Below, in pieces: positions 8,206 to 17,780 of a stretch of DNA of 64,000 nucleotides. Origin of the DNA: Lachnospiraceae bacterium (GTDB lineage: Bacteria > Bacillota > Clostridia > Lachnospirales > Lachnospiraceae); NCBI GenBank assembly GCA_017552985.1, contig JAFZNO010000060.1, positions 6,980-70,979 of the forward strand, given 5' to 3'. Position 1 is the first letter of the stretch, and each line of letters begins with the position of its first letter. The notes under the pieces were generated by a model that saw only the letters and a list, made by a program, of their open reading frames with translations, was not told where the DNA came from and did no database searches. The position numbers and the translations under genes are program-made.

Positions 8206-10010
8206 AAAACGTATGGAAAAATCAGCTTTTCCTCTGGAATCTCTGCTTCAAAACCTGCCCTGGATACATGATCTATTTCCTGTATGACGGTTTCCGTTAT
8301 CAAGGCATTATCTTCCTGGAGCACGTGCTTGGCATCCGTTACGTTCTGCACTGCGCGGAGTATCAGGAGCCGTTTTGGAAGGCCCTTTTGGTCATTGGTC
8401 TCATCTTGATCGTCAACATGATCCAGATCGTGCCGGACGGGTATTTCATCCATGGCTGGAGCTATCGCAGTAAGCCGAAGCTCTACAAGGCGCTGAAGGA
8501 AAAGATGTATGAAAAGGCAGCGCAGATCGACCTGAGCTGCTATGACGACCCCAAGTATTATAACGATTTTGTGCTTGCCGTGGCTGAGGCGGAGAGCTCC
8601 ATCGACCGATTCCTTTCCATGTGCAACATGATCATGCAGGGTTTGACCATCATCTTTACGACGGGCGTGTTTTACCTGCTGACGGACGCGGCGGGCATCC
8701 TCTTTGTGTTTGCGTCCTTTGTGCTTAGATACTTCGTTTCGAAGGTGCTAAACAAATTGAATTATGACGTGCGTTTGAAGCTCAATCCTTTGATGAGAAA
8801 AAGGAATTACGTAAGCCGCGTATTTTATTTGAATGATTATGCAAAAGAGCTCAGACTCCACCCCAGGGTTGGCGATGCGCTGGAGAAGGAATTCCAGGAG
8901 ACCAACGACGAGATCATGGAGGAGCAGAGAAAGGTTGGTTTTAAGCGGACCGTGTTGAATTTCACCAGGGATTACGTAGTTGGAGATTTCATCATGGACG
9001 GTCTGTACATTACGTATCTGGTGTTCCAGGCGGCCGTGCTGCATACCATTGATTACAGTAATGCGGTGGTGCTTTTTAACCGGACGGGAAGCCTTAGAAG
9101 AGGCATGGCAAACATGGCGGATATCTTCCCGAAGGCGCAGGAGAACAGCCTTTACGTTGACAAGATCCGCGCCTTCCTTGACTATGAGCCGAAGATGAAG
9201 GCAATGGAGGGCGAGGCCGTTCCGGAAGGTAACGCAGAGCTTGCCTTGGAGCACGTAAGCTTCCGTTATCAGGAGGAGATGGAGGATACCTTAAAAGATA
9301 TCACTTTGAAGGTGAAACCTGGTGAAAAAATAGCCATTGTAGGGTATAATGGAGCAGGAAAGACAACGTTGATCAAGCTCCTTATGAGACTGTATGATCC
9401 CACCGGCGGACGAATCCTTTATCATGGGCAGGACGTAAAGAATTATAAGCCCTATGACTACCGTCACCGCATCGGCGTCGTCTTCCAGGATTATCAGATG
9501 TATGGAGCCAGCCTTATGGAGAACGTGGTGATGCGAAGCCTGGAAGACTCCGCACGGGAGACGGAAGCAGTGTCTGATGCGGCGGCGATATCAGCGCTCG
9601 AAAGGGCTGGATTTGGTGAGAGATTAAAGTCTCTTCCCAAAGGACTTGAGACGCAGGTAACGGCAGAATTTGATAAAGACGGCGTGAACTTCTCCGGCGG
9701 CGAGAGCCAGAAGATCGCAATTTCCAGGGCGTTCTTCAAGGATGCGGACATTCTGATCATGGATGAGCCCAGCAGTGCGTTGGATCCCATCGCCGAATAT
9801 GAGTTAAACAAGGCAATGGAATCCGCGGCGAAGGGCAAGACCGTGTTCTACATCTCGCACAGGCTTTCCACCACCCGCGACGCGGACAGAATCATTTTGT
9901 TGGAAAACGGCCGCATTGCCGAGGAGGGAACCCACGAGAGTCTTCTTGCCATGAACGGCAGATATGCGGAGATGTGGCGCGTACAGGCAGGACGCTACGA
10001 AGCGTCATGA
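8202..10010 (+). CDS. ABC exporter, fused permease/ATPase subunit (partner of 6313-8205)
   Basis: Walker A GYNGAGKTT, signature FSGGESQK, Walker B IMDEPSS. 4-nt overlap with the upstream gene. Confidence 0.9.
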   Translation: MKNVWKNQLFLWNLCFKTCPGYMIYFLYDGFRYQGIIFLEHVLGIRYVLHCAEYQEPFWKALLVIGLILIVNMIQIVPDGYFIHGWSYRSKPKLYKALKEKMYEKAAQIDLSCYDDPKYYNDFVLAVAEAESSIDRFLSMCNMIMQGLTIIFTTGVFYLLTDAAGILFVFASFVLRYFVSKVLNKLNYDVRLKLNPLMRKRNYVSRVFYLNDYAKELRLHPRVGDALEKEFQETNDEIMEEQRKVGFKRTVLNFTRDYVVGDFIMDGLYITYLVFQAAVLHTIDYSNAVVLFNRTGSLRRGMANMADIFPKAQENSLYVDKIRAFLDYEPKMKAMEGEAVPEGNAELALEHVSFRYQEEMEDTLKDITLKVKPGEKIAIVGYNGAGKTTLIKLLMRLYDPTGGRILYHGQDVKNYKPYDYRHRIGVVFQDYQMYGASLMENVVMRSLEDSARETEAVSDAAAISALERAGFGERLKSLPKGLETQVTAEFDKDGVNFSGGESQKIAISRAFFKDADILIMDEPSSALDPIAEYELNKAMESAAKGKTVFYISHRLSTTRDADRIILLENGRIAEEGTHESLLAMNGRYAEMWRVQAGRYEAS

Positions 10011-10079
10011 CAACCTCGTGCTAAATGATAAAGAGGAGAAGGAATACCGTTTCGGAATGGCATAACAGGGAGGAAGAAA

Positions 10080-11264
10080 ATGCAGCAGTATTTATCACGG
10101 TTGCCAGATTATGATAATTGTCTTGTAAACCTGGCAAATTCCATCTTAAAGAAATTCGGCGCGGAAACGAGTGCAAAAACGCTTCCGCTTGCAGATCAAT
10201 ACTTGAATAAAGATTATCAAAACGTTGTGGTCCTTCTTCTGGACGCGATGGGGATTTCCATTCTGGAAAAGCATCTGAAGGAGGACGGTTTCTTTCGAAG
10301 CCACCTTGCGGGTGCTTATGATTCCGTATATCCTCCGACGACGGTAGCGGCAACCACCTCTATTCTCAGCGGTTTCTACCCCAATGAACACGGCTGGATC
10401 GGTTGGGATATCTATTATCCTCAGCTCGATAAGAACGTAACGGTCTTTACCAATCAGGAACAGCTTCAGGAAAAAGCGGGCGCGCTGCCGACGGAAAGCT
10501 ATTCTGACGGAAGGTCCAAATGGGCAGAGGATTCTCTGATGGAGACGAAACCGGCTGCGGATTTTAACGCAGGTTTTACGTTTACGCCATATCAGAATAT
10601 TGTTGACAAGATTAATGCGGCCGGCGGGAAAGCCTATGCGGCGATGCCTTTTTTGCCGCCTTTTCCACAGACGATTGAGGCCATTTTGGAGCGTGTAACG
10701 AGCCTTTGCAAGGAACCTGGAAAGAAGTTCATTTATGCCTATTGGAATGAGCCGGATTCAACGATGCACAGGACTGGAACCGTGAGCGACAAGACGCACG
10801 AAATGATCACGACACTTGAACGGATCGTGGAGGAGAGCGCTGCAAAGCTGGAAAACACCCTGCTCCTTATCACTGCGGATCACAGTCATATTGACTGTGA
10901 AAATGTTTGCATCCTGGATTATCCGGAGATCATGGATTGCCTTGTGCGCATGCCTTCCTTTGAGCCGCGTACGTTGAATCTCTTTGTGAAGGAGGAGCGC
11001 CGGGAGGAGTTCCCAGCGCTCATGCAGAAGTACTTCGGCGATGAGTTCCTTCTTCTGACTAGGGAGGAAGTGCTGTCAGAGAAGGTGTTTGGAACGGGGA
11101 AAAGCCGCGAAGACCTAGGGGCGATGCTAGGTGATTTCGTTGCATTTTCGGTATCACCAAAGGCCATTTTCAATACGCACCTTGAGGCGCAGGAAATGCC
11201 TGGCGGGCATGCGGGACTGACCGCGGAGGAGATTCAGATTCCGTTGATCGTCGTCGAGAAATGA
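10080..11264 (+). CDS. alkaline-phosphatase-superfamily protein (phosphodiesterase/pyrophosphatase-like)
   Basis: VVLLLDAMG metal-site-like N-terminal motif and ITADHSH near the C-terminus. Confidence 0.6.
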   Translation: MQQYLSRLPDYDNCLVNLANSILKKFGAETSAKTLPLADQYLNKDYQNVVVLLLDAMGISILEKHLKEDGFFRSHLAGAYDSVYPPTTVAATTSILSGFYPNEHGWIGWDIYYPQLDKNVTVFTNQEQLQEKAGALPTESYSDGRSKWAEDSLMETKPAADFNAGFTFTPYQNIVDKINAAGGKAYAAMPFLPPFPQTIEAILERVTSLCKEPGKKFIYAYWNEPDSTMHRTGTVSDKTHEMITTLERIVEESAAKLENTLLLITADHSHIDCENVCILDYPEIMDCLVRMPSFEPRTLNLFVKEERREEFPALMQKYFGDEFLLLTREEVLSEKVFGTGKSREDLGAMLGDFVAFSVSPKAIFNTHLEAQEMPGGHAGLTAEEIQIPLIVVEK

Positions 11265-11300
11265 CGGATTTTCTGTTAGGAAAATGCGAAAGGGATAAGA

Positions 11301-12221
11301 ATGAAACTGTATCATTATTACGAGAAAAGCATAGGTCCTTTTCATAGCATTTCAGAGCTTTCGGATGAGGAAGCGAAGGCATTACTGCAGCGCATTCGAA
11401 AGGAAAAGCCGAATGCTTTTATCGCGCTTAGACCCGAAGATTACGTGGAAAAGAGAAGGCGTTTCGAGGGTATTTTGCGGGAGGAATTCTTAAAAAAGGG
11501 AGGACTGATCGAGCGTGAAACGCCGCATTACTTTGTGGTGGAGGCAGTTCCTTTTTTTGAAAAATGGTACGAGCAGACGGCATTTGTCGAGATGGATGCG
11601 GAGCAGTTGGATCTGCGGACGGTGTCATTTACTTACGGGGATTCTCATCCGACTTTCAGCGGTAACGTGAAGGATGGAAAAGAATACCGGAATCGCTTGT
11701 ATACCTATGAAGAGATCCTTGGGATAATTGAAAAATATGGGCTTCCACAGATTTGGAATCCAGATTTCAAGCACGGACCGGAGTGTTACGTAGAGGTACA
11801 GGTTTGGAGTGACAGAGGATTGGAACCGTGGGTGAATCAGCCGTTATGGCACGGAAGCCCATATTTACTCGACAAACTTGTGCCGCAGCAGGCATACGAT
11901 TTCGGCTTTGAGCAGGGATGCCAACTGGCCGTCTATGCCACAAACAATAAGGAGATGGCGATCTGTTTTGCGTTGGGCTGTGAGGATGATCGGCCAGGAA
12001 TCGAAGGCAGACGGATGATGATGCCGGAATATGGCAACCGTATGGTTTTTGAGGGCTGCCATCCGAAGTACGGCGCGAAGGGATACCTCTATCAGCTTGA
12101 TCCGAAAGGCTTTGTTCACGCCATGGGATCCCAGTGGGTTTGCCATCACGAAGTGATGCCCGTGAAAACCATCGAGATCAACGTAGATGACTACTTGGAT
12201 CTATGCATCGTTAGGAGATGA
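11301..12221 (+). CDS. two-domain hypothetical protein whose C-terminal module is paralogous to 20926-21363
   Basis: C-terminal LWHGSPYLLDKLVPQQAY...AVYATNNKEMAICFAL...KGYLYQLD aligns with VYHGSQYLFDVVKPMQAH...GIYAAATKEEVIPFAM...KGYIYVLP. Confidence 0.6.
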   Translation: MKLYHYYEKSIGPFHSISELSDEEAKALLQRIRKEKPNAFIALRPEDYVEKRRRFEGILREEFLKKGGLIERETPHYFVVEAVPFFEKWYEQTAFVEMDAEQLDLRTVSFTYGDSHPTFSGNVKDGKEYRNRLYTYEEILGIIEKYGLPQIWNPDFKHGPECYVEVQVWSDRGLEPWVNQPLWHGSPYLLDKLVPQQAYDFGFEQGCQLAVYATNNKEMAICFALGCEDDRPGIEGRRMMMPEYGNRMVFEGCHPKYGAKGYLYQLDPKGFVHAMGSQWVCHHEVMPVKTIEINVDDYLDLCIVRR

Positions 12222-12291
12222 ATTACGGGCAATTCCATGAACGGCCGCGTGCTTGTGAAAAGAAGATACGAAGCGGAAATTTAAGCGATAA

Positions 12292-13119
12292 ATGAAGGGT
12301 AGTGATAGTTTGAAAGAATACGTAAAGGCAAGCATAAAAGACGTTGACGTTGTATTTAATATTGTTCAGGAGTCAATTAAAAGCACGTATCCCAAGTATT
12401 ATCCGAAAGAAGTGGTAGATTTTTTCTGCGAGCTGCATTGTAAGGATAACATTACAAAGGATATTCATGATGGGTTGGTTGGCATGTTGCTGGTAGATGG
12501 CGTTTGCGTTGGTACGGGTTGTTTTAGAGAAAACCATATCACCAGAGTGTACGTATCGCCTGCGCAGCAGGGCAAGGGGTATGGCTCGTACGTAATGAAT
12601 TGTTTGGAGTCAATCATTTCAGCAAACTATTCGAAAGCGGTATTGGATGCTTCTTTGCCGGCAAGTCATTTATATGAGAAGCGGGGTTATTCAACCATAG
12701 AACATTGTAAACGTCCCGTAAAAAATGACGTTATTCTTGTGTATGAAGTAATGGAGAAAGAATTAAAAACCAATCAAACAAGAATCGACTATGACGGCAG
12801 AAAATTTATCCCGATGGAAAACACGGAGAATGGGGAAGTAGATGGTAATACGATATTCCATTATCATCAGAATGGTAATGATTTTAGTGCCGATTATTCC
12901 GGGGGCGAAATCAAGAAGGGATATATGATCGGAAAGGTAAGCGATAACGGCGAACTGGATTTTTATTATGAGCACGTAAACGTGGATGACGTAATAAGAG
13001 CCGGCAAGTGTCACAGCGTACCAAGACTTAACAATGACGGAAAATTGGAATTGCATGAGGAATGGCAGTGGCTTAACGGAGATTGTACCTCGGGAAAATC
13101 AGTTGTGGTTGAGCCGTAA
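12292..13119 (+). CDS. GNAT N-acetyltransferase with a C-terminal beta-rich extension
   Basis: RVYVSPAQQGKGYGSYVM Q/RxxGxG/A motif. About 120-aa extra C-terminal domain. AT-rich relative to neighbours. Confidence 0.7.
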   Translation: MKGSDSLKEYVKASIKDVDVVFNIVQESIKSTYPKYYPKEVVDFFCELHCKDNITKDIHDGLVGMLLVDGVCVGTGCFRENHITRVYVSPAQQGKGYGSYVMNCLESIISANYSKAVLDASLPASHLYEKRGYSTIEHCKRPVKNDVILVYEVMEKELKTNQTRIDYDGRKFIPMENTENGEVDGNTIFHYHQNGNDFSADYSGGEIKKGYMIGKVSDNGELDFYYEHVNVDDVIRAGKCHSVPRLNNDGKLELHEEWQWLNGDCTSGKSVVVEP

Positions 13120-13174
13120 AATGGTTATTAGAATAATTCGTTAATTTCATGAAAGATTTGGGAGGTGTTGACAA

Positions 13175-13705
13175 ATGAATGATCAAGAAATTGTTGAATC
13201 TGAAAGACTCATCATGAGGCGCTTGATGCCTGAGGATTATAAAGTTATGACCGCCTGGGACATGGATGAGAGAGTCTATAAATATCTATTAGGCTCTGCA
13301 TGTAAAACGCCGGAAGAGCCACTTGCGTGGTTACCTAAGAAGGATCCCACTTCAAAAGTTAACATACTGATGCTGGTGTCTGAAAAAGAAGACGGACATG
13401 CGGTGGGAATTTATGCGCTTAACCATGACGTTGAACGAGACGTCTGGTCATTGTCCTATGTCAACAGGTACGATGACTGGGGCAAAGGTTATACGGTAGA
13501 AGGCATGAAGGCTCTAATGGAACATGCCGTAAAAGCTTATGGAGCGCGCATGTTTGAAGGCGAGTGTGCGAAAGAAAACATAGGCAGCAGAAGAGTTATG
13601 GAGAAGTTGGGGATGGTGTACGATCACAGTTCGTCATATACAAAGAGTGATGGCAGTGCTACCTTCGAATCAGACGTATTTACTCTAACGGTTTCAGATA
13701 ATTAG
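13175..13705 (+). CDS. GNAT family N-acetyltransferase (RimJ/RimL-like)
   Basis: SERLIMRRLMPEDYKVM opening and WGKGYTVEGM. RBS GGGAGG. Confidence 0.8.
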   Translation: MNDQEIVESERLIMRRLMPEDYKVMTAWDMDERVYKYLLGSACKTPEEPLAWLPKKDPTSKVNILMLVSEKEDGHAVGIYALNHDVERDVWSLSYVNRYDDWGKGYTVEGMKALMEHAVKAYGARMFEGECAKENIGSRRVMEKLGMVYDHSSSYTKSDGSATFESDVFTLTVSDN

Positions 13706-13825
13706 ACGTGGCTTTAAAATGAATTTCTTGTTCCAGTGGAAGGCGTAAAACGAAAATTGGCCATGGATGAAAGACATGCGGCGGGTTGGGTTATGCCCGG
13801 GAAATGGCTGTTGAGAGGATGAAGG

Positions 13826-14290
13826 ATGATAAGATTTGCAAGAGAAGAGGAATTGGAGAAAATAAATGAGCTCCGAAAAGAAGTGAATGACGTGCACGTG
13901 GAAGGGCGGCCAGATATCTTTAAACCTGGGTTTGACGAGGTGTTGCGGGATTATATCTATGAGATCTGGAAGGATCCCAATAAGGACATTGTGGTTGCGG
14001 AACGGAACGGAGAGATCTGCGGGGTTGCGGTGCTGAATTGCATTTACAAACCGGGAAGTCCCTTTATGTTTCCCAGGGATTTTATGGACGTGGATGAGTT
14101 TTGCGTGGCGAAAAAGTACAGACGGCAGGGCGTTGCGACGGAACTGATCGAGTTCATCAAGAAATATGCGAAGGACAAAGGGTTTCAGAGGTTAGAGCTA
14201 AACATGTGGGAGTTTAATGAGGGGGCGTTAAAGTTCTACGAGTCCGTGGGTTTTGAAACCTATCGGAGGTACATGGAGGTCAAACTATAA
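13826..14290 (+). CDS. GNAT family N-acetyltransferase
   Basis: FCVAKKYRRQGVATELIEF motif. Confidence 0.85.
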   Translation: MIRFAREEELEKINELRKEVNDVHVEGRPDIFKPGFDEVLRDYIYEIWKDPNKDIVVAERNGEICGVAVLNCIYKPGSPFMFPRDFMDVDEFCVAKKYRRQGVATELIEFIKKYAKDKGFQRLELNMWEFNEGALKFYESVGFETYRRYMEVKL

Positions 14291-14393
14291 ACTTAGGAAT
14301 TTAGTCTGACGGTCTATGCCTGAGCATGCTTAGAGAAGGATGGAAGGTTTAGTAAATTGACTTTGTGATTTAAAAACGCAAGGAGGGTTACGC

Positions 14394-14738
14394 ATGAAGT
14401 ATCAGAGGAAGGAAAACAGAACCTGGCTGGAAGATGAGGATGGGACGAGGATCGGATATATTGATCATCCCGAGGTGCGGCCAGGTGTAGTGAATTTTGA
14501 GCATACCATCGTGGAGGATGCGTACTCGGGACGTGGGATCGCGGGGGAATTGACAAAGACCGTGGCGGAGCAGCTTCGGAAGGACGGTATCAAGGCAGAG
14601 CTTTCCTGTTCCTATTCCATCCAGTGGTTTGCAAAGCATCCGGAATATGCGGACGTGCTGGCGGATCCTGAGGCGGAAGCGCAAAAGGCACAGATGCTGG
14701 CAGGCCCGGCCTGTGGGATCCGAAGAAAAACAAAATGA
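14394..14738 (+). CDS. small GNAT-like acetyltransferase (YjdJ type)
   Basis: [19 protein letters not shown]...[15 protein letters not shown]. Confidence 0.65.
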   Translation: MKYQRKENRTWLEDEDGTRIGYIDHPEVRPGVVNFEHTIVEDAYSGRGIAGELTKTVAEQLRKDGIKAELSCSYSIQWFAKHPEYADVLADPEAEAQKAQMLAGPACGIRRKTK

Positions 14739-14778
14739 AGATATTCTCTTAGCAAAAGAAACGTGCGAGGAGGCCTAT

Positions 14779-15285
14779 ATGAACGGGATTTCTTACGTTA
14801 GATGCGATGGAACGAACGAGGATTTCATTGAGAACTGCAGATTGCTTGACGAGGATTTGGACAGGCGGGTCGGCAAGGTCATTCAACGCGATAAATACAA
14901 GCAATATAACCTGCTGGATAAGATTCATGAAGCAATCGTTGTCTATCAGGACGGAAAGCCCATTGGAGGAGGCGCCGTCAGACCTTATGATGAAACGGCG
15001 ATCGAGTTAAAGAGAGTATTTGTGAGACCAAGTGCCCAAGGGAATGGCGTAGGAACGGAACTGGTATCCAAGCTGATCGAATGGGCGACGGAACTGGGGT
15101 ATCAAAGAATGATCCTGGAGACGGGTGATCTGCTTGCGGAATCCGTTCACGTTTATTCGAAGCTGGGATTCCGTAAGATCCCCAATTACGGCGCTTACGT
15201 AAATATGCCGGAGTCTTTGTGCATGGGGCTGGAGTTGCAGGGCCAGAAGCCGGAACCTGCGGAAGATGGATGGGCGAATGATTAG
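14779..15285 (+). CDS. GNAT family N-acetyltransferase
   Basis: [18 protein letters not shown] motif. ATG at 14779 preceded by GAGGAGG. The ORF-track start 14629 overlaps the previous gene. Confidence 0.8.
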   Translation: MNGISYVRCDGTNEDFIENCRLLDEDLDRRVGKVIQRDKYKQYNLLDKIHEAIVVYQDGKPIGGGAVRPYDETAIELKRVFVRPSAQGNGVGTELVSKLIEWATELGYQRMILETGDLLAESVHVYSKLGFRKIPNYGAYVNMPESLCMGLELQGQKPEPAEDGWAND

Positions 15286-15306
15286 AGAATAACAGGAGAG
15301 TTAGGC

Positions 15307-16002
15307 ATGAAAAAGATTGGCTTAGTGGGCGGGACGGGCCCGGAATCAACGTTGTCATATTACAAAAAGCTGAATGAGGAGATCGACAGGCTGACAAATG
15401 AAAAGAACATGCCTGACGTTGCCATAGAGAGCGTCAATTTCCGCAGGGCGTGGGAGTATGTCGTGAACGGGGACCGAGAGGCTCTGACGGAGTATCTGGC
15501 GGAGAAGATCCGGATCCTTAAGGCAGGCGGCGCAGAGGTGATCTCGCTTACGGCCGTCACCATGCACATGGTTTTTGAAGAGTTGGAAAAAAGGACTGGT
15601 GTCACTCTTGTCAGCATTCCGAGGGCCGTATGCGAAGAGATTGTGAAGGCCGGCATCAAGAAGGTTGGGCTTCTCGGGACCATGACGACAATGGAGCAGG
15701 ACTACGTGAAAAAAGACCTGATCGCGGCCGGAGTTGAGGTTTTCGTGCCGGATGAGCAAGAGAGAGCCTTGGTGGCAAAGAGGATTTACGAGGAGCTTGA
15801 GAAGGGGATCGTAAAAGAAAGTACTTTGCAGGAATTTCAGCAGTTGATCGGGAAGATGAAGGCTGAGGACGGAATTGAGGGCGTGATCCTTGGATGCACG
15901 GAATTGCCGCTTCTTTTGAATTCCGGGAATTGTCCGGTTCCATGCTTTGACAGCGTGGAGATCCACGTGCGAAAGCTGGAGAAACTTGTTTTGGAAGACT
16001 AG
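15307..16002 (+). CDS. aspartate/glutamate racemase family protein
   Basis: GLVGGTGPEST and ILGCTELPLL motifs. Confidence 0.8.
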   Translation: MKKIGLVGGTGPESTLSYYKKLNEEIDRLTNEKNMPDVAIESVNFRRAWEYVVNGDREALTEYLAEKIRILKAGGAEVISLTAVTMHMVFEELEKRTGVTLVSIPRAVCEEIVKAGIKKVGLLGTMTTMEQDYVKKDLIAAGVEVFVPDEQERALVAKRIYEELEKGIVKESTLQEFQQLIGKMKAEDGIEGVILGCTELPLLLNSGNCPVPCFDSVEIHVRKLEKLVLED

Positions 16003-16018
16003 GTTGAGGAGAAAAAGC

Positions 16019-16765
16019 ATGAAATTATATTTGACAAGCGCTATTGGCGGTGACGTCAAGGAAGACGGCATACGGAAGCCGGCGCCGCTGCTTCCGTTTA
16101 ACGGATTTACACATTTTTTGAAGCAGGATTGGGTGGAGAATGCAAAGGTTTTGATCATTTCAGCTTCGCCGGCAGAGTATGAAAGAAATGATTCCATCCT
16201 TCGGTGCCTGCGGGAAGCCTTTCCCATGAGCGGACTGAGCATCTCCCGCATGGAGATTTGCGATGACAGAAATCTTGCCGGCGCGGACCGCATTGGAGAA
16301 ATGGACGTAGTGTTACTCTCTGGCGGGCACGTGCCGACGCAAAATGCCTTTTTTCAAAAGATTGGATTAAAAGAGAAATTGAAGGACTTTCAAGGCATTG
16401 TGATCGCGTACAGCGCAGGCTCCATGAACTGTGCGGAGCTCGTCTATGCCAGTCCGGAAGCAGACGGGGAGGCGCTGGATCCGGATTACAAGCGTTGGAT
16501 CCCCGGACTGGGTTTGACAAACGTCAATATTTTTCCGCATTTTGAGGTTCTCAGGGAGGATTGGCTGGACGGTATGCGCGTGGTGGAGGACATTGTCTTT
16601 CAGGACAGTTACGTGCATGAGATCATTGCCATGAATAACGGAACCTTTATTATGGTTGATGAAAATGGCAAGCATACGTTGTTTGGCGAGGCTTATCGCA
16701 TCAAGGACGGTAAGATGGAGCAGATCTGTCAACATGGAGCGTCAGTGGAGTTTAATTGTCAGTGA
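16019..16765 (+). CDS. peptidase S51 / type-1 glutamine-amidotransferase-like protein
   Basis: LLSGGHVPTQ and IAYSAGSMN motifs. Start taken at MKLYLTS. Confidence 0.6.
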   Translation: MKLYLTSAIGGDVKEDGIRKPAPLLPFNGFTHFLKQDWVENAKVLIISASPAEYERNDSILRCLREAFPMSGLSISRMEICDDRNLAGADRIGEMDVVLLSGGHVPTQNAFFQKIGLKEKLKDFQGIVIAYSAGSMNCAELVYASPEADGEALDPDYKRWIPGLGLTNVNIFPHFEVLREDWLDGMRVVEDIVFQDSYVHEIIAMNNGTFIMVDENGKHTLFGEAYRIKDGKMEQICQHGASVEFNCQ

Positions 16766-16770
16766 TAAGT

Positions 16771-16799
16771 GGGTCAATCAGAACCGTCCCCGTTGACCC
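16771..16799 (+). repeat. junction hairpin element
   Basis: GGGTCAA-TCAGAACCGTCCCCG-TTGACCC: 7-bp stem and conserved loop, immediately 5' of the RBS of the next gene. Confidence 0.55.
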
Positions 16800-16814
16800 A
16801 TAAGGAGGCAAAAA

Positions 16815-17255
16815 ATGGAAGATTTGGAAGTGATGCGCGCGCAGGAGGAATGGCAGCGCGCGGGAGCATACAGCGTAAGGATTCAGGGCATGAACCGCCA
16901 GCACCACATTTCCCTGCGGGATGAATTTGATGAGCATGACGGGGAAGGAACAAAGTATATTATTCTTCTCGATCAGGGCTATCCGGTTGCGACGTGCAGG
17001 TTTTATGAGATTGGGGGAAACGCGGTGACGATCGGAAGGGTCGTGGTTCTTCCGGAATATCGCGAGCATCATTTGGGAGAACGGGTGATCAGGGAAGCGG
17101 AAGGCTGGATCAAAGAGCTTGGATACAAAGAGATCCTCGTGGACAGCCGCACGGTAGCCGTTGGGTTTTATGAAAAACTCGGCTATGAAAAAAACAGTGA
17201 TGAGGTCTATATGAGCGGCGTTTTTGAGTGCGTGAAGATGCAGAAGGCGTTATAG
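16815..17255 (+). CDS. GNAT family N-acetyltransferase
   Basis: RVVVLPEYREHHLGERVI motif. RBS AAGGAGG. Confidence 0.8.
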   Translation: MEDLEVMRAQEEWQRAGAYSVRIQGMNRQHHISLRDEFDEHDGEGTKYIILLDQGYPVATCRFYEIGGNAVTIGRVVVLPEYREHHLGERVIREAEGWIKELGYKEILVDSRTVAVGFYEKLGYEKNSDEVYMSGVFECVKMQKAL

Positions 17256-17313
17256 CGCAGGGCAGAGAGCGGATTGCCTCGGTTGAAATGGATTTATGGA
17301 AGGGGGAGTGAAA

Positions 17314-17673
17314 ATGCCTTTGGTTCGGGTTGAGATCATCAAGGGGAAGAGCGCGGAATATAAGAAAACCTTATTGGACTGCATTCATGAAGGTTTGATG
17401 GAAAGCATCGGCATCGCCGATTGGGACAGGTTTCAGAGGATCATTGAGATCGAGAGGGCTGATTTTGAAACCGCGCCCGAGAAGACGGAACAATTTACTT
17501 ACGCAGAGATCACGATGTTTCAGGGGAGAAGCAAAGAGCAGAAAAAAGCCTTGATCGAGACGGTGACGCAAAAGCTGAACGAAAAACTTGGCATTGCGCC
17601 GACGGACGTTTTTATCGTGATCCATGAACCGCCCAATGAAAACTGGGGACTCGGAGGGAAACAAAGGGAATAG
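17314..17673 (+). CDS. tautomerase family protein
   Basis: Met-Pro start (MPLVRVEII), as expected for Pro1 tautomerases. About 120 aa. Confidence 0.7.
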   Translation: MPLVRVEIIKGKSAEYKKTLLDCIHEGLMESIGIADWDRFQRIIEIERADFETAPEKTEQFTYAEITMFQGRSKEQKKALIETVTQKLNEKLGIAPTDVFIVIHEPPNENWGLGGKQRE

Positions 17674-17730
17674 GGCGGCAAAAATAAAAAACGAAAAGAA
17701 GGATATTGGGGAGAAAAAAAGAAGAAAAAA

Positions 17731-17739
17731 TGGTATAAT
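17731..17739 (+). promoter_or_regulatory. extended -10 promoter element
   Basis: TGGTATAAT in an A-rich spacer 42 nt upstream of the 17781 start. Confidence 0.45.
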
Positions 17740-17780
17740 GAAAAATACGGATTAAAACAAGACGAAAGGAAGAAGAGGGT

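Noticed and set aside
14629-14778. N-terminal extensions offered by the ORF track. Examples are 14629 for the GNAT at 14779, and 4238, 2338, 15947, 35815, 37215, 43095, 51395 and 59427.
   Set aside because: The extensions overlap the upstream gene or a terminator, are Arg/Lys-rich, and lack an RBS. An internal ATG or GTG with a GGAGG-type RBS begins the conserved domain in each case.
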